Assembly: GCA_002698665.1 (NCBI GenBank) | Contig: NZZP01000012.1 | Coordinates: forward strand, 689-64,688 | Source of the DNA: Gammaproteobacteria bacterium | GTDB taxonomy: Bacteria > Pseudomonadota > Gammaproteobacteria > GCA-002705445 > GCA-002716945 | Direction: 5' to 3' | Length of the DNA stretch: 64,000 bases | Shown here: in pieces, positions 12,912 through 27,638 of the stretch | Layout of the letters: every line of letters starts with the position of its first letter | Numbering within the stretch: the stretch's first letter is position 1 | Program-made: the position numbers and the translations under genes | Notes under the pieces: model-generated | What the model saw: only the letters and a program-made list of their open reading frames with translations | What the model was told of the DNA's origin: nothing | The model's database searches: none

Positions 12912-14786
12912 TTAGTTATTATATTTTTTTATATAAATGCGAAGTAGAGATATTATTGCAGGTGTTATACCTGAAATTCTAGCCGCTTGGCCAAGCGTTG
13001 TTGGTGAAACCTTCGAGAGCTTCTCTTTTGCCTCGTTAGACAAAGCTTTTAAGTCATTATAATCTAAACTATCAGGAATCTTGATTTGGTGAGTTTTATA
13101 CATATTGCCTATCTCTAAATCTTGTCTTTTCAAATAACCCTTATACCTCTCTTGAATTGCTACCAAGTGACCTATATCTGAATTACTCGTCTGCCCAAAT
13201 GTGTCTAAAGATTGAAGATCTGAATACTGGATATCAGACATTTTTAATAGACTTTTCATAGATTGAACTTTTTTAATTTTAATCTTGAACTTGTCTTCTA
13301 TCAGCCCAGAAGTTCTAGTTTGCGGTTTAATCGTAATGGCACTTAACCTATCTGATTCCATTTCAATTTTTTTTAATTTATTTCTGAATAAGGCATATCT
13401 TTCTTTACAGACCACTCCAAGCTTATACCCTATCTCTGTTAATCTAATGTCTGCATTATCCTCTCGTAGTCTGAGCCTATGTTCAGCCCTACTAGTAAAC
13501 ATTCTATATGGTTCATTTACGCCATGTGTAATCAGATCGTCTATTAACACCCCAATATATGCATCTTTTCTCTCAGGACACCATTTATCTTTTCCTAAAC
13601 ATGCCATGGCTGAGTTAATCCCAGCTATAATACCCTGCGCTGCCGCTTCTTCATATCCAGTCGTACCATTTATCTGGCCAGCAAAAAAAAGATTTTTGAT
13701 CTTCTTGGTTTCTAAAAATTTACTCAACCCACGAGGGTCAAAATAACTATATTCAATAGCATATCCTGGCTTGGCAATCTTACATTTTTCCAGCCCTGGA
13801 ATTGTTTGCAAAAACTCTAGCTGTACATCCTCTGGCAGACATGTAGATAGCCCATTAGGATAAATTATGTTGTTGTCAGTAGTTTCAGGCTCTAAGAAAA
13901 TCTGGTGGGAAGCCTTATGAGAAAATCTCTCTACTTTATCTTCTATAGATGGACAATACCTGGGGCCTACAGCTTCTATTGATCCATTGAATAGAGGGGA
14001 TATATTTTGTGAGCTCTTGATAATTTCATGTGTCACTAAATTGGTATGTGTTATATAGCAGGGTATTGGTAGAATCAAGCGTGGGCTTTTACCATAGTGG
14101 TCATTGTAATACGACATGTATGGACGCTTGCTGTCACTATCTTGTCTTTCCAATCTTTTAAAATTAATTGATTCTTGATAAATTCTCGGTGGAGTGCCCG
14201 TTTTCAGCCTACCTATTGGGAAATTTAATCCTCTGAAAAAAAGTTCTAATTTTTTTGATGCCTTATCTCCTGCTCGTCCGGAACTAAATGACTTTTCTCC
14301 CAAAAATATTCTTCCATCCAAAAAGGTCCCTGTAGTGAGCACGACAGCTCGGCTTTCAATTATCTCTCCATCAGACATAATTACACCTTTAAGAGTGTCA
14401 GACTCTAAGTGAATACCCGAAACTGTACCTTCTAGAATATTGATGTTTGGCGTAGATGATATTTGTTCTAACATTTCTTGTTTATATGTATTGCGACATG
14501 TTTGAATCCTGGTTGCTTGAACTGCTGGACCTTTGCGAGCATTTAATTTTCTGCATTGAAGGGCAGAGCTGTCAGCAACTTTACACATAAGGCCATCTAA
14601 CGCATCAACCTCTCTTGCTAAATGAGATTTGCCTATACCGCCAATTGCAGGATTGCAACTCATCTGGCCAATATCTCCTTTTTTCATCGTAACCAATGCT
14701 ACTCTAGACCCAAGCCTAGCTGCGGCATGTGCAGATTCGCAACCAGCATGACCACCACCTATCACTATTACATCATAATTGCTCAT
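12912..14786 (-). CDS. mnmG: tRNA uridine 5-carboxymethylaminomethyl modification enzyme MnmG (GidA)
   Basis: 624 aa with N-terminal FAD motif [12 protein letters not shown]. Confidence 0.95.
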   Translation of the reverse strand: MSNYDVIVIGGGHAGCESAHAAARLGSRVALVTMKKGDIGQMSCNPAIGGIGKSHLAREVDALDGLMCKVADSSALQCRKLNARKGPAVQATRIQTCRNTYKQEMLEQISSTPNINILEGTVSGIHLESDTLKGVIMSDGEIIESRAVVLTTGTFLDGRIFLGEKSFSSGRAGDKASKKLELFFRGLNFPIGRLKTGTPPRIYQESINFKRLERQDSDSKRPYMSYYNDHYGKSPRLILPIPCYITHTNLVTHEIIKSSQNISPLFNGSIEAVGPRYCPSIEDKVERFSHKASHQIFLEPETTDNNIIYPNGLSTCLPEDVQLEFLQTIPGLEKCKIAKPGYAIEYSYFDPRGLSKFLETKKIKNLFFAGQINGTTGYEEAAAQGIIAGINSAMACLGKDKWCPERKDAYIGVLIDDLITHGVNEPYRMFTSRAEHRLRLREDNADIRLTEIGYKLGVVCKERYALFRNKLKKIEMESDRLSAITIKPQTRTSGLIEDKFKIKIKKVQSMKSLLKMSDIQYSDLQSLDTFGQTSNSDIGHLVAIQERYKGYLKRQDLEIGNMYKTHQIKIPDSLDYNDLKALSNEAKEKLSKVSPTTLGQAARISGITPAIISLLRIYIKKYNN

Positions 14787-14787
14787 T

Positions 14788-16125
14788 TCATTTACCTATG
14801 CAAAAATCTGAGAAAATTTTGTCAAGTAAATCTTCATCGATATTTCCTCCAATCAGACTAGTTAAAGATTGATGAGCCAGCTTAAGCTCCTCAGATACTA
14901 GTTCTAATTGTTGATTATTATTGTAATCATTACACATGTAAAGATGTTGAAGCGCTGAATTTAATAAATTCAGATGGCGTGCTCTAGCTGTTCCAACGTT
15001 ATCACCGTCAGGCATAGCTTGTTTTGACAAGTGATTTTTTAACAGGTCTATGCCTCTTTTGTTCTGTGCTGATAAGTAAAATGTTTTGATGCCATCCTCC
15101 TGAACAACAGTTTCTTGCTTTCCCGTCTTGTCAATTTTATTACGAATAATCCAATAATCTGAAATATTATTCTTTTGAAGAATATCTTTATCGCCTTGTG
15201 TAAGTGCTGTTGCATCATCTACAACGTATAGCACAAAGGTTGATTCTTGAATTGATTTCAATGATATCTTTATGCCTTCCAGTTCTAATGGGTCGCTTGT
15301 ATCTGCTATTCCGGCAGTGTCAATTATTTTCATTACAGTTTGATTAATCATCACATCGCTATGGATTGCGTCGCGTGTTGTGCCTGATATAGAGGAAACT
15401 ATGGATCGATGTTCCCCAAGAAGGGCATTTGCTATAGAAGACTTGCCAACATTTGGTTTGCCTATAATCACGATAGTATCTTGTTCGTTGAGTTTTATGC
15501 CATTTGTAGCATTTTGAATCAAATTCCTTAGCTCATCGATAATTTTGTCAAATGTTGTTTTGTAAATCAGAAAAGATTTTTCTGGGATATCGTCTTCTGG
15601 AAAATTTATTGAAGCTTCGACAGCAGCTCTAATCTCTAGAACAGCATTTAGTATGTTTTTTATTTGTTGTGAAAAATTACCATGCAAAGACATCATTGCT
15701 GCTTTAGTTGCTTTGATGCTTGAAGCATTTATTAAATCAGCGACTGCTTCAGCCTGAGTCAGGTCAATTTTATTGTTAAGGTAAGCTCGTTCAGTAAATT
15801 CACCTGGACCAGACTGTCTGGCTAATTTCCGGCAGATTATTGATAAAATATAATTTAGAATCACAGGATTTCCGTGAGTATGAATTTCTAACATGTCTTC
15901 TCCAGTAAATGATGATGGATTTTTATAAAATATGGCAATAACATCGTCAATTTTTTTATTATTGTCATCTTTCACTGAACAGTGAGTTGCAAACCTTGGG
16001 GTAAGATTCTTTTTTATAATTTGGTTAATTATCAGAGTCGTATTAGGCCCAGAAACTCTTAGCATGCCAACTGCAGATTTACCAAATGGTGTTGATATGG
16101 ATACAATTGTGTCTACAGCTGTCAT
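14788..16125 (-). CDS. mnmE: tRNA modification GTPase MnmE (TrmE)
   Basis: 445 aa with G-domain GKPNVGKSS and C-terminal CIGK. Confidence 0.95.
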   Translation of the reverse strand: MTAVDTIVSISTPFGKSAVGMLRVSGPNTTLIINQIIKKNLTPRFATHCSVKDDNNKKIDDVIAIFYKNPSSFTGEDMLEIHTHGNPVILNYILSIICRKLARQSGPGEFTERAYLNNKIDLTQAEAVADLINASSIKATKAAMMSLHGNFSQQIKNILNAVLEIRAAVEASINFPEDDIPEKSFLIYKTTFDKIIDELRNLIQNATNGIKLNEQDTIVIIGKPNVGKSSIANALLGEHRSIVSSISGTTRDAIHSDVMINQTVMKIIDTAGIADTSDPLELEGIKISLKSIQESTFVLYVVDDATALTQGDKDILQKNNISDYWIIRNKIDKTGKQETVVQEDGIKTFYLSAQNKRGIDLLKNHLSKQAMPDGDNVGTARARHLNLLNSALQHLYMCNDYNNNQQLELVSEELKLAHQSLTSLIGGNIDEDLLDKIFSDFCIGK

Positions 16126-16128
16126 GTT

Positions 16129-17715
16129 TTAAACAAGCGCCCTTTTGTTTATGATGTATTGTTGACCTATTGACAGAATGTTATTGGTGAGCCAATACAA
16201 AACTAGACCTGAAGGAAACGTCGCAAACAAAAATGTGAAGATAAACGGCAATGCCATAAAAATTTTCTGTTGCATAGCATCAGTTGGCGCCGGATTAAGT
16301 TTCTGCTGAATGTACATTGATATCCCCATGAGTATTGGGAGAATATATAGAGGGTCTGAACTCGATAAATCAACAATCCATCCAATAAATGGGGCATGTC
16401 TCATCTCTACACTCTCGATGATGACCCAATACAAAGCAATAAACACAGGTATTTGAATCAAGACAGGGAGGCAACCACCTAATGGGTTTACCTTCTCTTC
16501 TTTATAAATTTTCATCAAGGCCTCGCTGAATTTTTTCCTGTCATCGCCAAAACGTTCTTTAAGCGCGGTCATTCGTGGTGTCAATTTTTTCATTTTAGCC
16601 ATGGATTTATAACTAGACTCAGAAAGCTTAAAAAATAACAGCTTGATTAATAATGTAAGAAATACTATTGCCCAGCCCCAGTTTCCAACAACATAATATA
16701 TTTTATCGAGTATCCAAAAAAGTGGAGCCGCCAAAAATGTAAGAACCCCATAATCAACCGTCAGATCTAAGCCGGGTGCAATTGCGCTTATTTCCTCTTG
16801 GTTTTTTGGGCCGACAAATAATTTAGAATAAAATGTTTTGCTGCTCATTGTATCTATGGGCTTGTAATCTCCGACCGTACCTATTAAATAGTGGTATGTG
16901 CTGTTCGGCCTCAACAACCTCGTATATATAGTCTGATTAGTTGATGGCTCTGGAATCCACGCAGTAAAAAAGTAGTGTTCAATCATACTCACCCAATTAT
17001 TTGAGGATTTCTTTTGGAAATTATTTTGTTCGATTTCAGAGAATTCAATTTTGTTAAATTTTTCATCTTCATCATAAAATGCAGCGCCGGTATATGTATA
17101 AAGCATATTAGATGCTTCTGGCGGCTTTACCCTTTCGAGCGCATTATATGTCCTCCAGTTTGTAGAAGACCCGCGCTTGTTGGTTATTGTTTGCTCTAAA
17201 TTTATCAAATGTGCATTTCTTTTGAATGTGTATTTCTTTGTAACAGTCACATCTGAATTAGTACCTGTTAATAATACATCTAGGCTGTCGTTAGTACCTA
17301 GAGAGTACTCGCTCATTTCAGATGTGTAGTTCGCCGGAGGTTGTGCATTATTGCTCTGAACATCAGACTTTGCGATGTAAGGTAACTCTTGATCTGACAA
17401 AAGTCGGACCTTAACATCCTTGTCTTGAAACTCTTTAGAGTGTTGGAGCAAATATGCGGACACAACCGTTCCGTCTGTGAGGCTAATCTTTAAATCCAAA
17501 GTGTCTGTCATGATAGATATAAGTTTGTCATGTTTCACTTCTGTGTCGGTAGTCTTGCTTTTGCTTGGTTCAGCAACAACGTCGTTAGCTGTGTTAGTTA
17601 TAGGAACAGACTCATCCTGTGTCATGCTTTCTGAGTTATTCGTGCTATCTGTACTATCAAAAATCAAAATGATAATAAAAGCAAGCAAGCTGTATAAGAA
17701 CAGTCTATTATTCAT
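16129..17715 (-). CDS. yidC: membrane protein insertase YidC
   Basis: 528 aa. N-terminal signal anchor, large periplasmic domain and conserved C-terminal 5-TM core. Confidence 0.93.
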   Translation of the reverse strand: MNNRLFLYSLLAFIIILIFDSTDSTNNSESMTQDESVPITNTANDVVAEPSKSKTTDTEVKHDKLISIMTDTLDLKISLTDGTVVSAYLLQHSKEFQDKDVKVRLLSDQELPYIAKSDVQSNNAQPPANYTSEMSEYSLGTNDSLDVLLTGTNSDVTVTKKYTFKRNAHLINLEQTITNKRGSSTNWRTYNALERVKPPEASNMLYTYTGAAFYDEDEKFNKIEFSEIEQNNFQKKSSNNWVSMIEHYFFTAWIPEPSTNQTIYTRLLRPNSTYHYLIGTVGDYKPIDTMSSKTFYSKLFVGPKNQEEISAIAPGLDLTVDYGVLTFLAAPLFWILDKIYYVVGNWGWAIVFLTLLIKLLFFKLSESSYKSMAKMKKLTPRMTALKERFGDDRKKFSEALMKIYKEEKVNPLGGCLPVLIQIPVFIALYWVIIESVEMRHAPFIGWIVDLSSSDPLYILPILMGISMYIQQKLNPAPTDAMQQKIFMALPFIFTFLFATFPSGLVLYWLTNNILSIGQQYIINKRALV

Positions 17716-17959
17716 TTTTTTCCTCTTTTGGCTTTACTGGATCATAACCATGTGTTCCACCAGGCCTGCAATTAAATATCCTCCTAGCAGACATTAATGT
17801 CCCATGAATAAGCCCGTGTGTTTTGAGCGCTGTTATTGCATACTCAGAACAAGTTGGTATATGGCGGCAGCTGCTAGGTAACATTGGTGACAATATAAGC
17901 TGATATATTCTAATAATATAGATTACAGCTGTGGCAATGATTTTTTTGATAGTTTCCAT
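17708..17959 (-). CDS. yidD: membrane protein insertion efficiency factor YidD
   Basis: 83 aa with the hallmark YQ..SP....CR.PTCS.Y motif; overlaps the rnpA 3' end as usual. Confidence 0.88.
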   Translation of the reverse strand: METIKKIIATAVIYIIRIYQLILSPMLPSSCRHIPTCSEYAITALKTHGLIHGTLMSARRIFNCRPGGTHGYDPVKPKEEKNE

Positions 17960-18261
17960 TCTTGCATAAGAATATCACTTATTTCGTGCTTATTAGAACT
18001 GATTTTTTTAGAAATGACTACCAATAAATCTATGCTTGGCATTGTGGCTACGTCATTTCTGAAATCTTCTCTAACCAGTCGGCGTATTTTATTCCTCAGA
18101 ACGGCCAACTTAACAGCTTTTTTTGTAATTTGTATGGCCAGCCTTGGGTTGGAAAGTTTATTCGTCTTAAAAAGAATTTTAAGATTCTGTGACGTAATTT
18201 TTTCTGCACCACTAAAAGCGTGTATCAATTTAGAGTCAATCTTCAGAAAAATGTGTGACAA
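17923..18261 (-). CDS. rnpA: ribonuclease P protein component
   Basis: 112-aa basic protein in the rpmH-rnpA-yidD-yidC cluster. Confidence 0.88.
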   Translation of the reverse strand: MSHIFLKIDSKLIHAFSGAEKITSQNLKILFKTNKLSNPRLAIQITKKAVKLAVLRNKIRRLVREDFRNDVATMPSIDLLVVISKKISSNKHEISDILMQEWKLSKKSLPQL

Positions 18262-18273
18262 GGTGTTAGGGTT

Positions 18274-18408
18274 TTAGGGGCACAGAACAGCTCTGCCTTT
18301 GGCGCGACGAGCGCTCAGAACCGCACGGCCTGCTACTGTGCTCATTCTAGATCTAAAACCGTGTTTTCTTTTACGTTTTAGGTTGCTTGGCTGGAATGTT
18401 CTTTTCAT
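18274..18408 (-). CDS. rpmH: 50S ribosomal protein L34
   Basis: Hand translation of the minus strand gives [44 protein letters not shown] (44 aa), a canonical L34 sequence. It is too short for the ORF track. Confidence 0.95.
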   Translation of the reverse strand: MKRTFQPSNLKRKRKHGFRSRMSTVAGRAVLSARRAKGRAVLCP

Positions 18409-18509
18409 AATATTGTTGTCCGACTAGTATACTGCTAATTATATATTTCTTTGTCAATATATAATTTTATTTTTTTTTGTGAGATAGTAGATTCTCAACC
18501 ACAATTATT
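18409..18509. promoter_or_regulatory. divergent rpmH / dnaA promoter region
   Basis: 100-bp AT-rich spacer between divergent rpmH and dnaA. It contains TATAAT at 18460-18465 and a T9 run, with only weak DnaA-box-like sequence (TCAACCACA). Promoter elements are not mapped precisely. Confidence 0.3.
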
Positions 18510-19823
18510 ATGAACGAAACGACACTTTGGAACAAATGTTTAGAAGCGCTAGGGAGCAGGCTCTCTGACAAACAAATGAGAACTTGGCTACACCCCCTAG
18601 AAGTAACCAGGGAAAGCAACACTTTAAAAGTTGTTGCTCCAAACAAATTCATAATGGAAGCCATACAGAATGACTATATTACGATGATAGAGGATGCCGT
18701 GATGGTTTCGAGTGAAAATGAGGTTTCTAAGGTGAAACTTTCTTTACCAAAGCCATTAGAAACAAAGGTCTCTACTTCGTCTGTCGTGCAGTTACAACCC
18801 GTTAAACAATCTCTTAATAAAGATTTGTGTTTTGAAAACTTTATTGAAGGTAAATCAAACCAATTAGCTAAAGCAGCATGTAAGAATGTTGTTAATGAAC
18901 TCGGGCAGTATAACCCTCTTTATATTTATGGCGGCGTAGGATTAGGCAAAACACATCTTCTTCATTCTATAGGTAATGAAATCATAGCAAAAAATAAGAA
19001 CCGGCGTGTTGTGTATTTGCATTCAGAAAAGTTTGTTCAAGACATGGTCACTGCCCTGAGGCAGCATAAAATAGAAGAGTTCAAGTCATTTTACAGATCA
19101 GTAGATGCTTTGCTATTAGATGATGTTCAGTTTTTTGCCAATAAGGAAAGATCCCAAGAAGAATTTTTTCATACATTCAATACGTTATTTGAATATAAAA
19201 AACAAGTCGTCTTAACATCGGATAAATATCCAAAGGAGATAACAGGGTTAGAGGAAAGAATAAAGTCTCGGTTAGTTTGGGGTATGAATGTAACTATAGA
19301 TCCTCCAGATCTAGAAACAAGGATGGCGATATTACACAACAAAGCAGAGTTGGCAGGTCAGAACATATCAGATGAGGTTGCCTTCTTCTTAGCGAAGAAT
19401 GTGTATTCTAATGTAAGAGAACTAGAGGGGTCATTGCGAAGAGTTCTAGCGACAGCTCATTTTAAAAGAGAACAAGTTACGCTGGAGTTTGTTAAAGAAA
19501 CACTAAGGGATCTAATTAACATGCAAGACAGACTCATGACAATTGAGCAAATCCAAAAAACGGTGGCAGCGTACTACAAGATTAGAGTAAGCGACTTGCT
19601 ATCGTCAAAAAGAGACAGGAAAATTGCATACCCAAGACACATAGCTATGGCTTTGAGCAAAGAACTTACAAATCACAGTCTGCCAAGCATAGGAGATGCA
19701 TTTGGAGGTAGGGACCATACAACAGTATTACATGCGTGTAAAAAAATAAAAGGAATGATGGGTAAATCATCCAACACAGACCAAGATTACAAAAACCTAT
19801 TGCATACTCTTAACAATATGTGA
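18510..19823 (+). CDS. dnaA: chromosomal replication initiator DnaA
   Basis: 437 aa with AAA+ Walker A GGVGLGKTHLL and a C-terminal DNA-binding domain. Confidence 0.97.
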   Translation: MNETTLWNKCLEALGSRLSDKQMRTWLHPLEVTRESNTLKVVAPNKFIMEAIQNDYITMIEDAVMVSSENEVSKVKLSLPKPLETKVSTSSVVQLQPVKQSLNKDLCFENFIEGKSNQLAKAACKNVVNELGQYNPLYIYGGVGLGKTHLLHSIGNEIIAKNKNRRVVYLHSEKFVQDMVTALRQHKIEEFKSFYRSVDALLLDDVQFFANKERSQEEFFHTFNTLFEYKKQVVLTSDKYPKEITGLEERIKSRLVWGMNVTIDPPDLETRMAILHNKAELAGQNISDEVAFFLAKNVYSNVRELEGSLRRVLATAHFKREQVTLEFVKETLRDLINMQDRLMTIEQIQKTVAAYYKIRVSDLLSSKRDRKIAYPRHIAMALSKELTNHSLPSIGDAFGGRDHTTVLHACKKIKGMMGKSSNTDQDYKNLLHTLNNM

Positions 19824-19829
19824 ATAAAG

Positions 19830-19873
19830 TGTGGACTTATGTAGCCTAGGATTTAGTCCACAAGTTATCAACA
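19830..19873. promoter_or_regulatory. DnaA-box-like cluster / hairpin in dnaA-dnaN spacer
   Basis: TTATCAACA (19865-19873) has 1 mismatch to TTATCCACA. TAGTCCACA (19854-19862) has 2 mismatches. A 7-bp inverted repeat GTGGACT (19831-37) / AGTCCAC (19855-61) flanks a 17-nt loop. Confidence 0.4.
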
Positions 19874-19991
19874 GCAAGCCTACAACACCCAAAGCCCGTA
19901 ACCAAGCTACGCACATGATGGAATGAGACTACCACAAACCCAAAACAAAATTTTGACGCCTTTAATAATAAAAATAATATATACTCATAAT

Positions 19992-21106
19992 ATGATTATA
20001 AAGTTTAATAAAGAAAAACTGGTAGAACCATTAAAGAACGTAGTAGGTGTTTCAGAAAAGAAACAAACAATGCCTATTCTTGGTAACGTTTTATTGAGGT
20101 CGTTGGGTGGAGGTAGGGTTTTATTGGTTGCGAGTGACCTTGAAGTAGAAATATCGGCCGACATACAACTTGGAGAAGATGTTGAACTAAATCACACCGT
20201 TCCAGCCAAAAAATTATTAGACATTCTTAGATCTCTCCCTGGAAGCGGTGATGTCACCATGGATTTCTCTGACTCAAAAGTAACCGTTAAATCAGGTAAA
20301 AGCAGGTTCACATTAGCAACACTTGATGGGCAAGACTTTCCATACACCGAAATTAAGGAATCGACCACAACACCAATAGAAATTAGTACTTTAGAAGAAA
20401 TGATCAACCAAACATCTTTTTCTATGGCGGTCCAAGATGCTAGGCATTTTTTAAATGGTTTATTTGTAGAAATGACGCCAGACAAAATAACCGCAGTTGC
20501 GACTGATGGCCACAGGCTTGCGCTATGCACGTCTGCACTTACTAAGGGGCCCAGCGAATCAATAAGCTGTATTATTCCCAGGAAGTGTATTACTGAATTA
20601 AGAAAGATTTTAGGCGGAGTTGACAGGAATAAGCTGAAGTTAGCGGACGTTAGTGTTAGTAATAAAGAAATTCTATTCAACATAGATAATTTTCTTGTTA
20701 AAAGCAAACTTATTGAGGGTAATTACCCAGATTACAAAAAAGTCTTCCCGGACTCACTACCCCATAAGCTAAATACAGACAAGAATGAGTTTAAAGCTGG
20801 TCTACAGAGAATGGCAATTCTGTCTAACGATCAGTTCAAAGGTGTAAAGCTATCGCTTGACTCTACTAGCTTAAAACTCACTACTAATAATCCGTCTCAA
20901 GAAGAAGGGGAAGACAGCATATCTTGCCAATATGATGGTGATAATTTTGATGTTGGGTTCAACCTCACATATCTCCTTGAGGTCATTGATGCTATCAAAT
21001 CTGACAACCTAGAGATTCAGCTTAACAACTCAGATTCAGGCTGCCTCATAACCTCGAATAATTCTGGCACGGACAGCAAGTACATCATTATGCCGATGCG
21101 TGTGTA

Positions 21107-21107
<1 letters not shown>
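19992..21107 (+). CDS. dnaN: DNA polymerase III beta sliding clamp
   Basis: Start trimmed from the track's upstream ATG (19923) to the Met of MIIKFNKEKLVEPL..MPILGNVLL, which aligns with the E. coli DnaN N-terminus MKFTVERE...LPILGN. Confidence 0.94.
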
Positions 21108-25394
<4,287 letters not shown>

Positions 25395-25445
25395 TACTGT
25401 AGTAGTTTTTCATTCACTTTGTTATTATCAAAATAGGGTATCAAG

Positions 25446-26069
25446 ATGAAGTCAATAATGATAATCAATTCTAAAGGTGGTGCTGGCAAAACCACTGTAG
25501 CTGTAAATCTTGCTTCATACTGCGCCCTCAAAGGCTTTGATACGACGCTTGTAGACCTTGACCCACAACGATCAAGTATGCAATGGCTCAAAGCCCGCCC
25601 ACTGTCTAAGCCACTCATTAGGGGCACAACAAATGCAAATAAACCTATCAAGAAAGGTAAAAATAATGTGGTCATTTATGATGTACCAGCAGCAATATAC
25701 GGCGCCAGATTGGTAAATTATGTCAAGAAAGTTAATTCTGTGGTTGTGCCAGTACTGCCTTCACCTATAGACATGAAAGCGGCAAAGGATTTTATTCAAA
25801 GCTTGAGATCGATGGGGCCAGTAATAAGAAATAAAATTAAGGTGGGTCTCGTTGCAAATAGATGTCGCGCTAACACCAATATTTTTCTAGAGCTAGATGA
25901 TTATTTATTGAAAGAAAAGGGTATGAAATATATAACAGCGCTTAGGGATAACACTAATTATATTAAATCTGCTCGTAATGGTTTAGGGATTTTTGAGATG
26001 GGTGAATCTGCAACAGCACAAGACAGAGAAGAATGGAAGCCACTTGTAAGATGGCTTGAATTAAAATAA
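25446..26069 (+). CDS. small ParA/MinD-type P-loop ATPase (orphan)
   Basis: 207 aa with deviant Walker A SKGGAGKTT and DLDPQ. It is shorter than the chromosomal ParA at 11468-12235 and has no adjacent ParB or adaptor gene. Confidence 0.75.
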   Translation: MKSIMIINSKGGAGKTTVAVNLASYCALKGFDTTLVDLDPQRSSMQWLKARPLSKPLIRGTTNANKPIKKGKNNVVIYDVPAAIYGARLVNYVKKVNSVVVPVLPSPIDMKAAKDFIQSLRSMGPVIRNKIKVGLVANRCRANTNIFLELDDYLLKEKGMKYITALRDNTNYIKSARNGLGIFEMGESATAQDREEWKPLVRWLELK

Positions 26070-26918
26070 GGAGTCTCTAATCCCTTCTCTTATATCTTGG
26101 AACTTTATGCATCCTGGCATTAGCATGTTCATTTTATCTACATTTAACAGGCGAGATTCATTTAAAAAACTAAGCCTTTTGGAGCTATATTTTTTTAAGG
26201 CCTCATCAAATGTTATAAAATCTGGCCATGGTTGTTTGAGAGCATCATATATGTGTAAATAATACTGTGTTGTCTTTATAGGACTTCCATCGCTTACATT
26301 AATTATTTCGTTTGATTCGATTTCTAGGGCCTTTAAAGTTACCCTTGCAAGATCATTTACATGAATTAAGTTGGTCACCCTGCTTTCCTCTAAACTTATC
26401 AGCTTTTCTCTGTTTCTTATTCTTTCAAGAGGTAACCTACCTTTACCATAAATACCAGGGACTCTTAGAATTATTGAACTAATAGATTTTTTATTACAAA
26501 ATTTAACAAGTTGTTTTTCAGCACTCAGTCTCCTGATAGCTCTATCTGTTATTGGGTTTGGAACAACTAATTCATCTACACTATTACCATCATGATTACC
26601 ATACACGCCACTGGTGCTAATATATACAATCTGAGTGATATTATGTTTACTATTATGGTTTAGAAAGTTTGACATTCTATCATCATCTAATGAGGTGGTA
26701 CTTGGCGGTGCCATATAAATTACTTTATAATTTTTTCCAACAGGGAGATTTATAACACTACGATCTATGTCTACTTGAAGGTGTTTGATCGTACCATCTC
26801 TTTTCTTAAGAGTTCGCGAGACCTCATAGACGTCATATATCGTTTCACAGTTTTCAAGATGCGCAAGAATGCTCTCTCCTAGATATCCACTGCCTACCAA
26901 AACTAGATTAGTTTGCAT
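26061..26918 (-). CDS. NAD(P)-dependent epimerase/dehydratase family (SDR) protein
   Basis: Rossmann N-terminus LVLVGSGYLG. Start trimmed to the internal Met (the track ORF extends to 26969). Confidence 0.65.
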   Translation of the reverse strand: MQTNLVLVGSGYLGESILAHLENCETIYDVYEVSRTLKKRDGTIKHLQVDIDRSVINLPVGKNYKVIYMAPPSTTSLDDDRMSNFLNHNSKHNITQIVYISTSGVYGNHDGNSVDELVVPNPITDRAIRRLSAEKQLVKFCNKKSISSIILRVPGIYGKGRLPLERIRNREKLISLEESRVTNLIHVNDLARVTLKALEIESNEIINVSDGSPIKTTQYYLHIYDALKQPWPDFITFDEALKKYSSKRLSFLNESRLLNVDKMNMLMPGCIKFQDIREGIRDSLF

Positions 26919-27636
26919 TCCTTTCATGATTTTTAATTCTTTTAATGTACTGGTCTGCATTTGCCGCATTATCGATGACGATAACTTTTTTAATATGATT
27001 TTCTTCGATTGGAGTTATAAGTCTATTGCTAGGAATGATATATGTAATATTGTATTTGTCTATAAAAGGCTTGCATGAATTAACGAAATGGTCATACGCT
27101 TCCTTGCTAGATGCTAATATATAATTATTGTCATTCTTTTTTAGATCCGATTCAGAGATAAAATTATTTATTCTTTTTCGTTCGTATACCTCCACAATAT
27201 TTACATTATTAGATTGTGCCAGATTAGCCTCAATATACTCTCTTCCCCCTACGCCTTTTATCACTACAAATTTTTTATCTTTTTCATTGCTCTTTGTAAT
27301 CTCTTCTATCAGCGCTTCGCTAGAGTATTCATTTTTTGGGTATAATGCATCTTGATTTATCATGTCATTAATAATTTTTGCAGTGTACTTTCCTATGCAA
27401 TAGTAGTTTTTACAGTTGTCCATGAGCTCATGATAATCGCTAGAGTATAAAACTGCATTCTTGCTCTGGAATATTATTGCATCCGATTCTTTAATTGATT
27501 TAATAATGTCATAACTTCTGTTAATTGTTCTTACAGCTTCTATTGCTTCCCTCATTTCAATCTGCATTTTTTGTTGTCTACATTTATATGCTAGTTCATC
27601 ATATATTGACATTTTTGATATCACAATAAGATTCAT
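26908..27636 (-). CDS. hemD: uroporphyrinogen-III synthase
   Basis: 242 aa directly downstream of hemC. N-terminus MNLIVIS resembles the HemD iLvTRP start, with later collinear IIFQSKNAV and GVGGRE motifs. Confidence 0.65.
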   Translation of the reverse strand: MNLIVISKMSIYDELAYKCRQQKMQIEMREAIEAVRTINRSYDIIKSIKESDAIIFQSKNAVLYSSDYHELMDNCKNYYCIGKYTAKIINDMINQDALYPKNEYSSEALIEEITKSNEKDKKFVVIKGVGGREYIEANLAQSNNVNIVEVYERKRINNFISESDLKKNDNNYILASSKEAYDHFVNSCKPFIDKYNITYIIPSNRLITPIEENHIKKVIVIDNAANADQYIKRIKNHERNAN

Positions 27637-27638
27637 TA

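Noticed and set aside
19923-19991. N-terminal extensions offered by the ORF track (dnaN from 19923, argH from 28560, ccmC from 40182, gamma-CA from 53876, epimerase from 26969, xerC from 33768)
   Set aside because: Homologue N-termini align to internal Met codons. The extensions use upstream ATG or TTG codons in intergenic DNA and are not supported.
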